From: Octopus vulgaris
Taxonomy: Eukaryota
NCBI GenBank assembly: GCA_951406725.2
Contig: OX597830.1
Location: 28,272,001 to 28,336,000 of the forward strand
Reading direction: 5' to 3'
Length of the DNA: 64,000 nt
Made by a program: the position numbers and the translations under genes
The notes under the pieces: generated by a model
What the model was told of the DNA's origin: nothing
Databases searched by the model: none
What the model saw: the letters and a program-made list of their open reading frames with translations, nothing else
Shown: positions 12,701 to 25,602 of the stretch, one piece after another
Position numbering within the stretch: position 1 is the first letter of the stretch
Layout: each line of letters begins with the position of its first letter

Positions 12701-15178
12701 CATCACTTTCATGCAAAATTCTAGATTGTGGGTTCATTATGCCTACTCAAGTTTTTAACAAAGTTGGTGTACTGACTTAATGCAATGCAGAAGCAGTATA
12801 TATCAAATTTCCAAGTTTAATTAGTTGTGGAGTTACAGAGATTTTAATTTGTTATCACATAGGCCCTACTGTAGGAAATATCCTCTTCTTTTCCTTTGTA
12901 TTTCTGTGACGCTACAGACTCTGACTATGTTAACTGTTTTTTAGAATAGCAGGCTTATCCAACTAGAGTATCTAAAATAATGTCTGGTGAGAGAAGTGCT
13001 TGTGTCACTCAAAGAATCAAAAAATCTAGACGATGAATCTCGTGCAATTTCAAGACTCGCATAAGAAAAGAAAAACCTGTTCCTATTGAAGAGCTTTCTT
13101 TGGAAAACATCTGCAAGATACCAATGAAACTTCAAATTGTCGGTCGCTACCTGTTCCTTGGAGGCTCCATCAAAGGAAAAAAAGAAAGTACAAAGGCAAT
13201 TTCGAAAGACGTAATGTTTTTATGGCAAAAAATAATTAAATTTTCCATATTTATCAATTCAAAATGTACAAGCAAAAGTAGAAAAATTGCTGAATACCTG
13301 CAATAAATGTGTAAAAGCGAGGAAAATACGATTCATTGAAAGGAATTTTCACATCAGAAAGGAAAATGGAGAAAGGCTGTGCAGTGAGAATTGGAGGTTA
13401 TATCATCTTCGAATTAAAAGCAAGGGACAAGTTGGGCATGGAACTGGAAAGGAAGCCAGTTCCAAAACTATCCATCCATCCAAAAGAAAAAAAAGTGTTT
13501 TTAATGCCAACTTCAACCAGAGCAACTCCAGTGTCATTGTCAACGGCTGAAGCAGGGACTGAAACTAAATATCAAGAGTCCGCAAAATCAGATGAAGAAT
13601 CCACACAAATAAGGTGGAAGTATAGCAAGCCTGGAACTGCCACCAAGTTAGTCATATCTTCCAAGCTATCAACCCAAAAAGCAGCAACAATTTATCGACA
13701 ATTATCTCAAGATGGAATCAATGTCGAAATTTCTTTCCAATCTGGTATTTACAGATCTTATATGAAAGAAGCTGTTAAGCTAAAACAGAAAATGAAAAAA
13801 ACATAACATTTAGAAAACTGGTCATTGTATTCTGATGGTAAATGTATTAATAACAAATAATACCAAGTGCTAATTTTAAAGAATTAACAGAGTGTAGTTA
13901 AGTTAGAAGCACTCCAATTACCAAACAGAAAAGCCGATCTTTTGTGAAAGAAATAACAGTAGTTTTAAATGAATAACATTTATGGAATTGTATAAAGATG
14001 ATTGTCGCTGATACAACGAGTGTGAACACTGGGAAAAGAAATTGGCATTGTCATTCAGTTGCAAAGACTGCTTGCTCAAAAGGGTTTGAAAGGACCGTAA
14101 TTTAGTGGTCTTCAGCGTCATATTCTTGATAGAGTTCTTTATGTTGTAATGGGTAACGAACTTGGAGAAAAAATGTAATCTCCCAATATTGAATATACAT
14201 TCATCCCAGAAACTCTAGGCTAATTTCAACAATGATGAAGAAAAGATTACTGAATCAGCAGGATGGTGAGATGACTTAAAATTTCTATTTCATTTGACCT
14301 GAGTTTTTCGTTTCTTTGAAGAAACCGGAAAATTTCCTACTTTAAAGTTTCAAAAAATACTCATCTTAAGTAATGCAAAATGGAATTCTCGAGCAATACC
14401 AGCTTTTTTGGCATTTATTCTTCTACCACAGAAAAGAGTTTTTCTTCTCAATGTTTGTCGATTAATCTTGTACAGCTGGGCAGAATTTTGGTTTACAGAC
14501 AACATGTTCAATGCACATGATTATCAGAAGTTATATCGTAGCCTGCAACTCCATAAAAACGTATGGAACTCTGTAAAAAACTTTTGATGTCGAGAACCAT
14601 CAAAACTGGAAATTCCTAGAACAAATCAGAGTGCAGAATAGGCAATCAAGCGCTTTCAAGATCTTTATGATATTTCTAAAAACAAAGAGAAACTTCAGCT
14701 TCGATTTATTTTATCTAACAAAACATTAATTCTTTGTTATGCTAAAAATTTTCTAACATTCAGCACTCTTTTTCTTATACAGTTGTTAAAAATTGGAATT
14801 AAACCTATAAAGTTTAAAATATGTAGTTTTTAATATTGTATGTTATCGAATGCTGGTAGTGGCCTCTGTCTTCAAATAACCTAGTTTTTAGTCTTTGCTT
14901 TGAACAATTTCAATTCAGTAATGTAAAAAGTGTAGAAATATAAATTTATTCCACATCTCTCTTGCCATTTCAAGGATTTAAGCAGTGGAGATACGAAAGT
15001 GGGAATCTAGTGCCACCTAGTGATTATAGTTTAAAAGGCTACTTCAAAAAGAAAGCAGAAATTTCACATATACTGTTTCTGCATTACATTGAATCACCAT
15101 ACCAGGTTTGGTAAAAACGTGAGAAGGCGTTATGAACCTTCACTAGAATTTTGCAAGATTTCTGTCAAAAGTGGTGAT
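12701..15178 (+). mobile_element. Decayed hAT-superfamily (hATm-like) DNA transposon with imperfect ~110-120 bp terminal inverted repeats
   Basis: Left ~12701-12811 (tgcaaaattctag...gcagaagcagtatat...aaatttc) matches the reverse complement of ~15058-15178 and encloses a transposase pseudogene. The true left end appears lost in (TA)n. Confidence 0.8.
12980..14725 (+). pseudogene. hAT-like DDE transposase pseudogene (stops and frameshifts)
   Basis: Translated pieces: ORF 13336-13806, then WSLYSDGK (~13820), MIVADTTSVNTGK (~14000), QRHILDRVL (~14115, CxxH-like position), SNAKWNSRAI (~14370, hAT RWNS-like) and IPRTNQSAE*AIK (~14615, catalytic E region). Confidence 0.8.
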
Positions 15179-15278
15179 CGATTTCTTTAGTTGGTGTGAC
15201 TTTTTTCAAAAAAAGGAAAATAAATGTTAATTTCTTAACTGCTATAAAATGATTCATCGAATGACAGTATACGGATAT

Positions 15279-15540
15279 TAGGGAGCGAAAAAGTCATGAA
15301 CATGACAAAGAGAAGACAACAACGCGAGGATGTGGAACAAGTATAGTGTTATTGGATGGTCAGGAAAGGAAAGAAAGAAGGAGGATCTAGCGTTTCCAGC
15401 AGAGCTCTTCGTCAAAACATAGAAAAAGGATGGGTCCAAGGAAGGGAAGACGAAGAAAGAAAATCGCCAACGATACACACGCGATCAAATGTCGGTGTAC
15501 GTGTAAATAGTGGCGACAAAAGTATATACACATACATGTG
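15279..15540 (-). mobile_element. Short Penelope-type terminal module with a decayed hammerhead-like motif
   Basis: Minus strand reads gttt-TGACGA-agagc-tct-gctg-GAAAcg (15385-15420) and ends ...gctccct-aata. Same architecture as the modules at 25600 and 60063. Confidence 0.45.
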
Positions 15541-15765
15541 TATATATATATATATGTGTTACTGATAACCATATTTTATCCCAGTAAATGACCACAGCAT
15601 CTTGTCTTGGCTACACGCGGGTGGAAAGGGGCTGGTGACACAAACTTTCATTCACACTTTGAATTTCGTGGTACTGGTAATGCTTTGGCTCGCTCTGACA
15701 CTGAGTTGAGATGATGCCTTCTAGTATCTCAAAATTTAATATACAATTATTCATAATTGTAGTAT

Positions 15766-15857
15766 CCTACGCTGATGAGAAAAGAAGTTTGGGTAAGGTA
15801 GAATTATCTAATTCTTATGCTTTCCTAAAACTTGATTTCGAAACGTACGTCCGTAGG
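15766..15857 (+). ncRNA. Type I hammerhead ribozyme, intact core
   Basis: Stem I cctacg (15766-71)/cgtagg (15852-57). CTGATGA 15772-78. Long imperfect stem II gaaa...tttc 15779-15839. GAAA 15840-43. Palindromic minimal stem III (a)cgtacg(t). GTC cleavage triplet ends at 15851. Confidence 0.8.
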
Positions 15858-16043
15858 TGACTTAAAATTGTATGATAGATTGCCGTCATTTCATTCTCTC
15901 TTACCTGTCTGTGTTTGCCATTCAATTGCTGTATTTTTACTGAGATCTCCCTTTTAGTAGAAAGAATAGCTATAACTCTTTGACTGCTATTTCTAAATTC
16001 GGTGTGTGGTGAGGCAATTCGTTGCTAAACCCTTAATTGCTTA

Positions 16044-16099
<56 letters not shown>

Positions 16100-16369
16100 G
16101 ACGGACACTGCCGTCGTTAGACGACGTATGAGGGTGTCCGACAATTTTTTACCGAACAAACACACACATTATATATATATGATGATAAAGTGTAAATATC
16201 ATTGATGATTTTACCAAGCGGTTAGCACGGAAATAAAAACAGAATATAATAATAATATATATATACATAATTATAAAAAGGGATTGGCTTTTGCTCGACT
16301 ACAGCCCATGTTTTATTTTTGGGAGATTTTAAGGTTGTATTTCCGTCTTTTTGCGCCAATTTCTAGCGC

Positions 16370-16420
<51 letters not shown>

Positions 16421-16822
16421 AACAAGCATACACACACACACACACACACATACACACACACAAACACACATATATATATATATATATCAGCATGCACACA
16501 TATTCGCAAACACGCTTATACGCTGTGATTGTCCTTTGCCCAGGCTTAACTTCCGACGCAGTAACAAGAATACAATTAACGATTAAGACTACAGTTCCTG
16601 CTCTGCACTACCGTATAAACGTGACAATTACAACCAGTGTCACCTCATCAGTTAATGTAAGTATTGTCACCAGCTGCTAGGTAATAAGGGAAACCTGATG
16701 AGTTATCAATGGAAGTCAAACCTTGAGTGTTATTTCAGGCTTCTTTCAGCGCTTTCATATGTACTAAGCATAGAATCCATCAACATATGAAATATTCATA
16801 TACACTTACATGTGGATGCACG

Positions 16823-16965
<143 letters not shown>

Positions 16966-17561
16966 CTAGCTATCTAGCTAGCTAGCTATCTATCTATATA
17001 TATATATGTATATATATATGTATATGTCTATATAGTTATATATATGTATATACATATATATGTAATATATACATATATATATGTATATATATATATGTAT
17101 ATATGTAATATATATATATATATATATATATATGTATTGATACATACGTGCACACTTATAAATGCATATATATAAAATGCATATATGTATAAACATGTAT
17201 GCGTAAACGTCTCTATATATATGTATGTGTATGTCTGTATGTGCGTGTGTGTTCGTGTGTCTCTATGTATATCTGTACGGTAAAATTTCATTTGCACTAT
17301 GCTGTGTGACTAAATTCTTTCATCAGCTAAAATGCATGCAACAGTATTTAAAATGTAAGAAACACTGTTTTTCTCTTCATAATTCATCCAGTAATCGAAG
17401 TGTTACTGCGTTTTAAAGTGCAACGGCGAACCAACGCATGTCAGATTTTATCATTAAAGGACTTTGAAACTAGATTTGATAAAAAAATATATACAGAAAA
17501 GGATACACATATTAATATATAATGTGTGTATATATATACATACATGTATACAAATATATGC

Positions 17562-17596
<35 letters not shown>

Positions 17597-17721
17597 ATCA
17601 ATATAGGGTGAAGAAATTACAGGGTAAATGTTTTTTAAATTTTCTCCTGGTTTACAGAATAACTATAAGCTTTGGCTATTTCTAGTGGGTGAACGGCCTA
17701 TTATGGCCGTTCCTTGATTGT

Positions 17722-17768
<47 letters not shown>

Positions 17769-18162
17769 TACACACATACATATATATATACGTGAATACC
17801 TACTTATATCGGCATTTGCAGGAGACAAGAATTATATTATATGTAAGACTTTTCCCTTATAATAGGTGTCTGTCTGTAAGCTTTTGTACCTATGTATATA
17901 CATATACATGCACACACAAATGCGCATACACACACGCACGCACACGAACTTCACACGAACACACTCGCACGCATACCCGCGCACACAGATGCACACACAA
18001 ACACGCACATATATATATATATATGTATATGTATGAATAGAGTATAAAAGAAAACGTATGCGTATAATGTAAATATTTATGTACAATATTTTCTACACTT
18101 CGTTCTATGCACATATTTGTATATTATATCTATTCATATTCTTATATATACTTATATGTATG

Positions 18163-18236
<74 letters not shown>

Positions 18237-18274
18237 CATATATATATATATACACATATATATATATACATATA

Positions 18275-18305
<31 letters not shown>

Positions 18306-19140
18306 TGATATATACATATATACATATACTTTACTATATATATATATATATATATATAAACATATAAACATATATATATTTATATGTGTGTATATACGCA
18401 TTATGTATATATATATACATATGCATATATGTATGTATACACATATGTGTGTGTAGACGTATATTTACACATACAGTCAGAAGCACACTCACAACTGACG
18501 AACACATAGCTTAACCAGTCTGGTTTACTCTAACATTTATGTACCTCATTTAAATGGAACATAAATTTCATTTCATGTAAAGGACCATTAATCCTAATAT
18601 GAAGATTATATATGTAGGAAATTTTCTTACGTTCTCTTATCGCTTCGTTTCTTTTAATTAATTCTAATAAATATTTATCAAACTTTCCTTTTTTAAGTCG
18701 GATTCATGGCCTGTGTACATAATTAAATGTGTTATGATGATGAAATTTACTTTAAGATTATTGAAAATCTATGAAGCTCACTTGCAAATTTGACACAGCG
18801 TTTGAGATACAAAAAGAAAAGAAAATATTTATCTGAACATTATGTACTATGGAAGTCAAATCATTTAGTACTTTATTCCGAGATTGTACTCGTTTGGCAA
18901 GGGACTTAGTTTTGAGGCCCTGGGTTGAACATGAAACAATGTATTACGACAAAAAATATTTTAGATCTCTCAGAACACACATATACACAAACAAACACAC
19001 ACACAGACACACATACACACACACAGACACACACACACATACACACACACACACACACACACTGTCTGCTATGGTGTTTCTATAAGTTTCATCGCACTTC
19101 AGCCACCTCTTGAAAATCCTACTGGAAAAATTGTAAATAT

Positions 19141-19382
19141 ATAAAATAAATGCGCCCTTTTAAAGCCTAGCCAGGCTCATGGGCCCGGTTTCTATGGCGT
19201 ATGTATTCCCTAGCTGGACGGAACACTAGTCCATAGCAGCGTTACTCATTTTTTGCCAGCTGAGTGGACTGGAGCAACGTGAAATGAAGTGTTTCGCTCA
19301 AGAACACAACGCGTCACCCGGTCCAGGAATCGAACCACAATCTTACGATCATGATGCTGACACCCTAACCACTAAGCCACGC
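19141..19382 (-). mobile_element. tRNA-derived SINE, family D (gcgtggcttagtggttagggtg head)
   Basis: Minus strand A-box tggcttagtggtta, B-box ggttcgattcc, tail aaaagggcgcatttatt. Homologous to 51901-52402. Confidence 0.85.
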
Positions 19383-19473
19383 CCCGAAAAAAATTCAAAC
19401 CGATCTCTTCCGTGATCCTAAGTCAGCGGTCAGACCACAGAAGCATGCTCCGCAAATTTTAGATTGCTCAAAA

Positions 19474-19504
<31 letters not shown>

Positions 19505-19914
19505 GGAGGAGGAGGAGGAGGAGGAGGAGGAGGATATATGTGTTGAGTCGTTCACTCAAATGAACTACCAGCCCTTGAGTTGTGTCACACAAAGCATTCC
19601 AAAGATACGCTTGCACTCAACGTAATTTATCAAGCAATATGACCCTGACACAGTACGTCTTATGCCGGGCCTTTGTATTCCAGGTACAATCTATACGTAT
19701 GACTTCTAGACAGTTTCCTACGCAATTTTTATATTATATATTTTAGTCCTGAGGTTACCGAAATCAATATTTTCCGCAAAATGTCACGTATTCGGATCGA
19801 ATTCCAGAACATTCGATTACGAAATGAACTTCTTTATTATTCGTCCATACTGTCTCCGCACGTTCAAACCAGGCAGTACTTTTTAAGAAATATACACAGC
19901 GCAGGTGGAATATT

Positions 19915-20312
19915 CTTCTCTATTCTATGGCACAAGGCTAGAAATTTTGAGGGAGGGGGCCAGTTGATTAGATCGACCCTAGTACGCAACGGGTAATTAA
20001 TTTATCGATCCAGAAAGGATGAAAGGCAAAGTCAACCTCGGTGGAATTTGATCTCAGAACGTAAAGACAGACGAAATACCTATTTCTTTACTACCCACAA
20101 GGGACAACACACAGAGGGGACAAACAAGGACAGACAAACAGATTAAGTAGATTATATCGACTCCAGTGCGTAACTGGTACTTATTTAATCGACCCCGAAA
20201 GGATGAAAGACAAAGTCGAACTCGGCGGAATTTGAACTCAGAACATAGTGGCAGACGAAATACCGCTAAGCATTTCGCCCGACGTTCTAACAATTCTGCC
20301 AGCTGGCCGCTT
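19915..20312 (-). mobile_element. SINE family B with internal duplication and a 14-bp TSD
   Basis: Flanks gcaggtggaatatt (19901-19914) and gcaggtagaatatt (20317-20330); body unit present twice. Confidence 0.88.
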
Positions 20313-21283
20313 TTGTGCAGGTAGAATATTGAATAAATTCCTACACAGAAAAAATAAATCTTACGCGATACACCAGCTTCAATTTATTATATATATATAT
20401 AAAGAAAAACACATTCAACTATGAAACAACATTGTTTATGCCTTATTTCGCTGAGGAACAAGGCATCCTTTTGGGGTCGATAAATTAAATATCAGTAGCG
20501 TACTGCGATAGATCTAATCGACTGGCCACCTCCCCGAGAATTTCAGGCGTTATACGTAGAGTAGAAAAGAATATTGTTTATGCTTAAAAACCAATATATC
20601 TATTTCTCATTTCTCCCACCCGCCTGCAGAATAATATTACATGGTTATGTCCCAAATAATTCACCTCAAATCAAGTGAGTAATAACATTAGAAAAAGTTT
20701 ACAGAACTCATTACTTCCATATTTTAGACTGCTTATAAATATTTCCAGTCGTTACTATTCTTACACCACTGCACATCACCGTAAGTTAATGTGCACAAGC
20801 AACATGCTAATATCTTAATATGTAGGCAATCATTAGAAAAATAATCAGGATGGTTATCATTATTGTTTAGCCGCAAGGAAGCTGTGTTCGAGCAGGTTCC
20901 CGCCAAGTCTATCTACATGAACCGATCTATACATACATCACTGTTGCAGATATATTAAGTGTCCGGCAAGTGTTAGGAAAAAAAAACATAGTTATAAACA
21001 TTTACATTATGCAAGATATTACTATGTTATCGAGAGTTAGGTGTTTTTGACCTTATATTATCAGATTCACCCAGTAATAGAATTCGGTCTCATGATTTAC
21101 GGACAAAATAGGAGGTTATAATCTCAGTATTATTTCTTGCAACGAAATAAATAGATTTTTAAGAAACATTAGCAACATAGCCTACAACGAAATGAACAAA
21201 ATTGAAGTGTTTCCGGACAGTTTAATAAGTGAGGTAAAATTTAGACAAATCGGTTTCTTAGACAAAAAAAGTTCACACACACA

Positions 21284-21360
<77 letters not shown>

Positions 21361-21656
21361 GCACGCACACAAACACACACACTGGCATACACATACACGC
21401 ATACACACACGCACACATATATATATATAAACATATGCATATAATACATATATGTATATGATTAGGTGTATGTATTGCATATATATGTATATATATATAT
21501 ATATATATAATTACACGCACACACACACATGCACACACATATGAATATGTGTGTGTGCGTATGTAAGTATGTGTACATGTATGAATCTTGTGTATGTTCA
21601 CAAGCACTCACTATGTACATATAAATCCATATGCCGATTTATTTATCTCTGTCTAC

Positions 21657-21700
<44 letters not shown>

Positions 21701-22523
21701 TTATCTCTCTGTCTCTCTCTATCTATCTATTTACGTGGATAGATTCATATATACATACATATAAATACGCACATACATAGATACCTCTCCCCGTATACAT
21801 ATGTGTGCATACTCACATACACACACACACGCACACACACACCACACATACACACATGCGCATGTCTGTGCGCATAGTTTTGTGTGCAAATGCGATTATA
21901 TTTCACAGTGGACATGTCCGTTTTTACATAACTGCCTATTCATTGAGAGTGAGAGAGAGAGAGAGAGAGCGTGTGTGAAAGTGAGAAAGAGGCAGAGAGA
22001 GACAGATAAAGAGAAAGAGAAAGAGAAAGAGAGAGAGAGGATAAGTGAATGAGTGAGAAAGAAACAGGGAGACAGAAAAAGAAAGAAAGAAGGGAAAAAT
22101 AAATAATATATCATGCAACATGTCTTGTCTTACTTGGACGTTATATAGCTGAATTTCCTAAGAACATGTATAAAAATTCAAGATACTACCTATTACTTTT
22201 TTTCCTTACGTGGCTGCTGGCAACAGTATCTGCACAGGTTGTTTTCAGTTTAGTATTTAGTATAATACGATGTGATACAATATAATGTATGTAGTATGGA
22301 GTGATAAACTGAATATCATACGTTTGTATCTTCGTTAAAAATAAGTGTTGCTTCGGTATACGCTAATGTAAAGATTAATAAATAAAAGAAAAACATCTGT
22401 ACATAGTCTAATATATAAATTTCATGTACTTATATCTACCTTGCTAATGCTGTATAATTTAACTATTTCATTCTGTTCTCTGTTCTGTCCATTGTCATGC
22501 CTAGCTGTACCTGGATACATACA

Positions 22524-22557
<34 letters not shown>

Positions 22558-23106
22558 CATACATGCGTACACACATACATACATACATACATACATACAT
22601 AGATATAGGCATGTATATACGCATGTGCATATGTATGTGTATACATGTAAATATACATATATATGTATGTATATATGCATATCTCTGCCACACCCGTGCG
22701 TATGTACATGCATGAATGTATATGTATATACAAATAAATAAATATTATATATATAAATATATATACACTTACACACACACACACACACATACATACACAC
22801 ACACACACACATATATACATATATACGAATTAACATTAAATATATATATTGTTGTGTCTGGGCAGAGTCATTGTGTTTTATTATTTATTAACACAGTAAT
22901 TAACACCTTATTAATTAACACATTCACCGTTTCGTCTTCCACTCATTTACTTATTTATTTCTTCGAAAATAGTCGTTGCTTCTTGTAACCTCTCCAACAT
23001 ATATACTCACATGCATATACGAGATATAACTACATTGATACATACATACATACATACATATATATATACATACATAAATTAATATTAACACACACACATT
23101 CACATG

Positions 23107-23137
<31 letters not shown>

Positions 23138-23169
23138 TTATGTATGTATGTATATATATATATATATAA

Positions 23170-23219
<50 letters not shown>

Positions 23220-23226
23220 CAACAAC

Positions 23227-23308
<82 letters not shown>

Positions 23309-23359
23309 AGAACACAACTTTTATTGTCAGTTCCTTCACGTGTTTCCTGTTGCTTATAA

Positions 23360-23835
23360 TTCTTTTCTATTGTAGGCACAAGGCACGAAATTTTGGGGGA
23401 GGAGGCCAGTCGATTAGCTCGACCCCCGTACGCAACTGGTTCTTAATTTATCGACCCGAAAGGATGAAAGGCAATGTCGACGTCGGCGGAATTTGAACTC
23501 AGAACGTAAAGACAGACGAAATACATATTTCTTTACTGCCCACAAGGGGCTACACGCAGAGGGGACAAACAAGGACAGACAAACGGATTAAGTCGATTAC
23601 ATCGGCCCCAGTGCGTAACTGGTACTTAATTTATCGACCCCGAAAGGATGAAAGGCAAAGTCAACCTCGGCGGAATTTGAACTCAGAGCGTAACGGCAGA
23701 CGAAATATCTATTTCTTTACTATCCACAAAGGGCTAAACAAAGAGAGGACAAACAAGGATATACACATTTGGGGGAGGAGGCTAGTCGATTATATCGACC
23801 CCAGTGCGTAACTGGTACTTAACTTATCAACCCCG
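23360..23835 (-). mobile_element. SINE family B, head-less, ~2.3 tandem body units
   Basis: Unit gtcgatta..cgacccc..aaggatgaaaggcaa..cagacgaaata recurs at ~23410, ~23592 and ~23785 (partial). Confidence 0.8.
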
Positions 23836-24040
23836 GATTAAGGGCCGGATTAAGTCTTACAGAGGCCCTAAGCTCTTAAAAGACTTCGGTGCGTCCATAT
23901 TAATGAAATTCAGCATGTAAACAATAATAAACCATCAAGTAAATTTTATTTTTCAAGATTAAACAAAACTAACAGTAAAATGGAAAATAACGTTTAATTT
24001 TGTATAATTCCACGTTATTTACATTTGAAAAGTTTGCTCC

Positions 24041-24438
24041 TACTCTCTTTTACTCTTTCTTTACTCTTTTACTTGTTTCACTCATTTTCTGCGGCCAAGC
24101 TGGAGCACCGCCTTTAGTCGAGCAAATCGAAACCAAGACTTATTCTTTGTAAGCCTAGTACTTATTCTATCGGTCCCTTTTGCCAAACCGCTAAGTTACG
24201 GGGACGTAAACACACCAGCATCAGTTGTCAAACAATGTTGGGGGGACAAACACAGACACGCATATACACATATACGACGGGTTTCTTTCAGTTTCCGTCT
24301 ACCAAATCCACTGACAAGGCTTTGGTCGGCCCGAGGCTATAGTAGAAGATACTTGCCCAAGGTGCCACGCAGTGGGACTGAACCCGGAACTATGTGGCTG
24401 GTAAACAAGCTACTTACCACACAGCCACTCCTGCACCT
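24041..24438 (-). mobile_element. SINE family A, full length
   Basis: End-to-end similarity to 9964-10383. Confidence 0.9.
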
Positions 24439-24450
24439 AAAAAGAAGGGG

Positions 24451-24511
24451 TTCCCATGCCGGGAATCGAACCCGGGCTGCCTGGGTGAAAGCCAGGAATC
24501 CTAACCACCAG
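24451..24511 (-). pseudogene. 5'-truncated tRNA-Glu(TTC) copy
   Basis: Minus strand reads ctggtggttaggattcctggc-TTTCA-cccaggcagcccgggttcgattcccggcatgggaa, with a Glu anticodon arm, a T-arm and the 3' acceptor strand. The 5' acceptor strand is absent. It is followed by ccccttcttttt, not CCA. Confidence 0.85.
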
Positions 24512-24989
24512 CCTAGTTTCTTTTAATTGCAAAGTCCTTGATCAGATCCACACTATGACACCATAAATTCTACAAAATTATATTTCCGATCATTGAAACC
24601 ACTTCGAATAATATTTTAGCGAGTTTAAAGTGATTTCTTTTGTACCATTTACCATTTCTGTGGTGCCCTTCTTCTCTTCATGCGCTAAGCACGAGCTTAT
24701 TTTGCTTAACGCTTAATCCAGTGTTGGTTCCTGTATAGAAACGTATATTTATTCATATAGATACATATATAAACGTATATTTATCCATACAGGTGCGTAA
24801 ACACAAACAAACTCACAGACACAGCTACGCAGGCACATATGCAAAGGCGAACATGCTCATATATTCTTTTACTTCTTTCAGTTATTTGACTGCGGCCATG
24901 CTGGTGCACACATTAATTAAATATTGTTCGGGTAAAAAAATCATTGGAGAATGGTATGCATAGCTCATCCACAGTCATTGATTACCTGA

Positions 24990-25521
24990 TGTTATCATAC
25001 AGAGGAAAGGCTCTTGCTTCTATATACACATTAGGTATTCTCCAGTGTCCGTTGATTTTATCTAAATCGATAAAGGATAGAAAATAGAATGAACGACACT
25101 CTTTCTTTAAAATGTATCACTTTCATTTCTATATAAAGTCTACCTATACTATGGCATACCGGAATTATACCCTGTAGCAAAAGCGTTTCTACGGCAATAT
25201 GACATCAGGTAGCCAACAACGGCGGAAGCGCTTTGCATGGCATACAGTGATTTTACTGGATTCTCACTTAACCAATATGGACTAAAATCCCTGACCTACA
25301 TAAAGTTGCTTAATAGTAGCTTAATTACAAAATAGAGAAGATCGCGGTTGACATTTTCATTAAAGATAGCCTTACCTAGAAAAAACGGAGTAGCTAGAAT
25401 AACTGTCGGAGAATACAAGTTCCTTTATCCGAAAAAAATGCATTCGAAATCTCCTCCTTCGATAAGAATGGTAGAACAAATAGTTTTCAGGAATTGAAGG
25501 ATACGCCATGCATATATACGT

Positions 25522-25602
<81 letters not shown>

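Larger units (their letters stand above)
23841..24726 (-). mobile_element. Non-autonomous hAT-like element carrying a nested SINE/tRNA insertion
   Basis: Ends agggccggattaag / cttaatccagtg are inverted-similar. The minus strand near 24520-24590 translates to ...DLIKDFAIK, resembling a hAT transposase C-terminus. Confidence 0.5.

Noticed and set aside
16610-16720. CTGATGA motifs on both strands, one followed by a gtgaca/tgtcac stem
   Set aside because: No GAAA box after the stem and no stem I or III, so not a hammerhead.
24451-24511. Functional tRNA-Glu gene
   Set aside because: The 5' acceptor strand and start of the A-box are missing; reported as a pseudogene instead.
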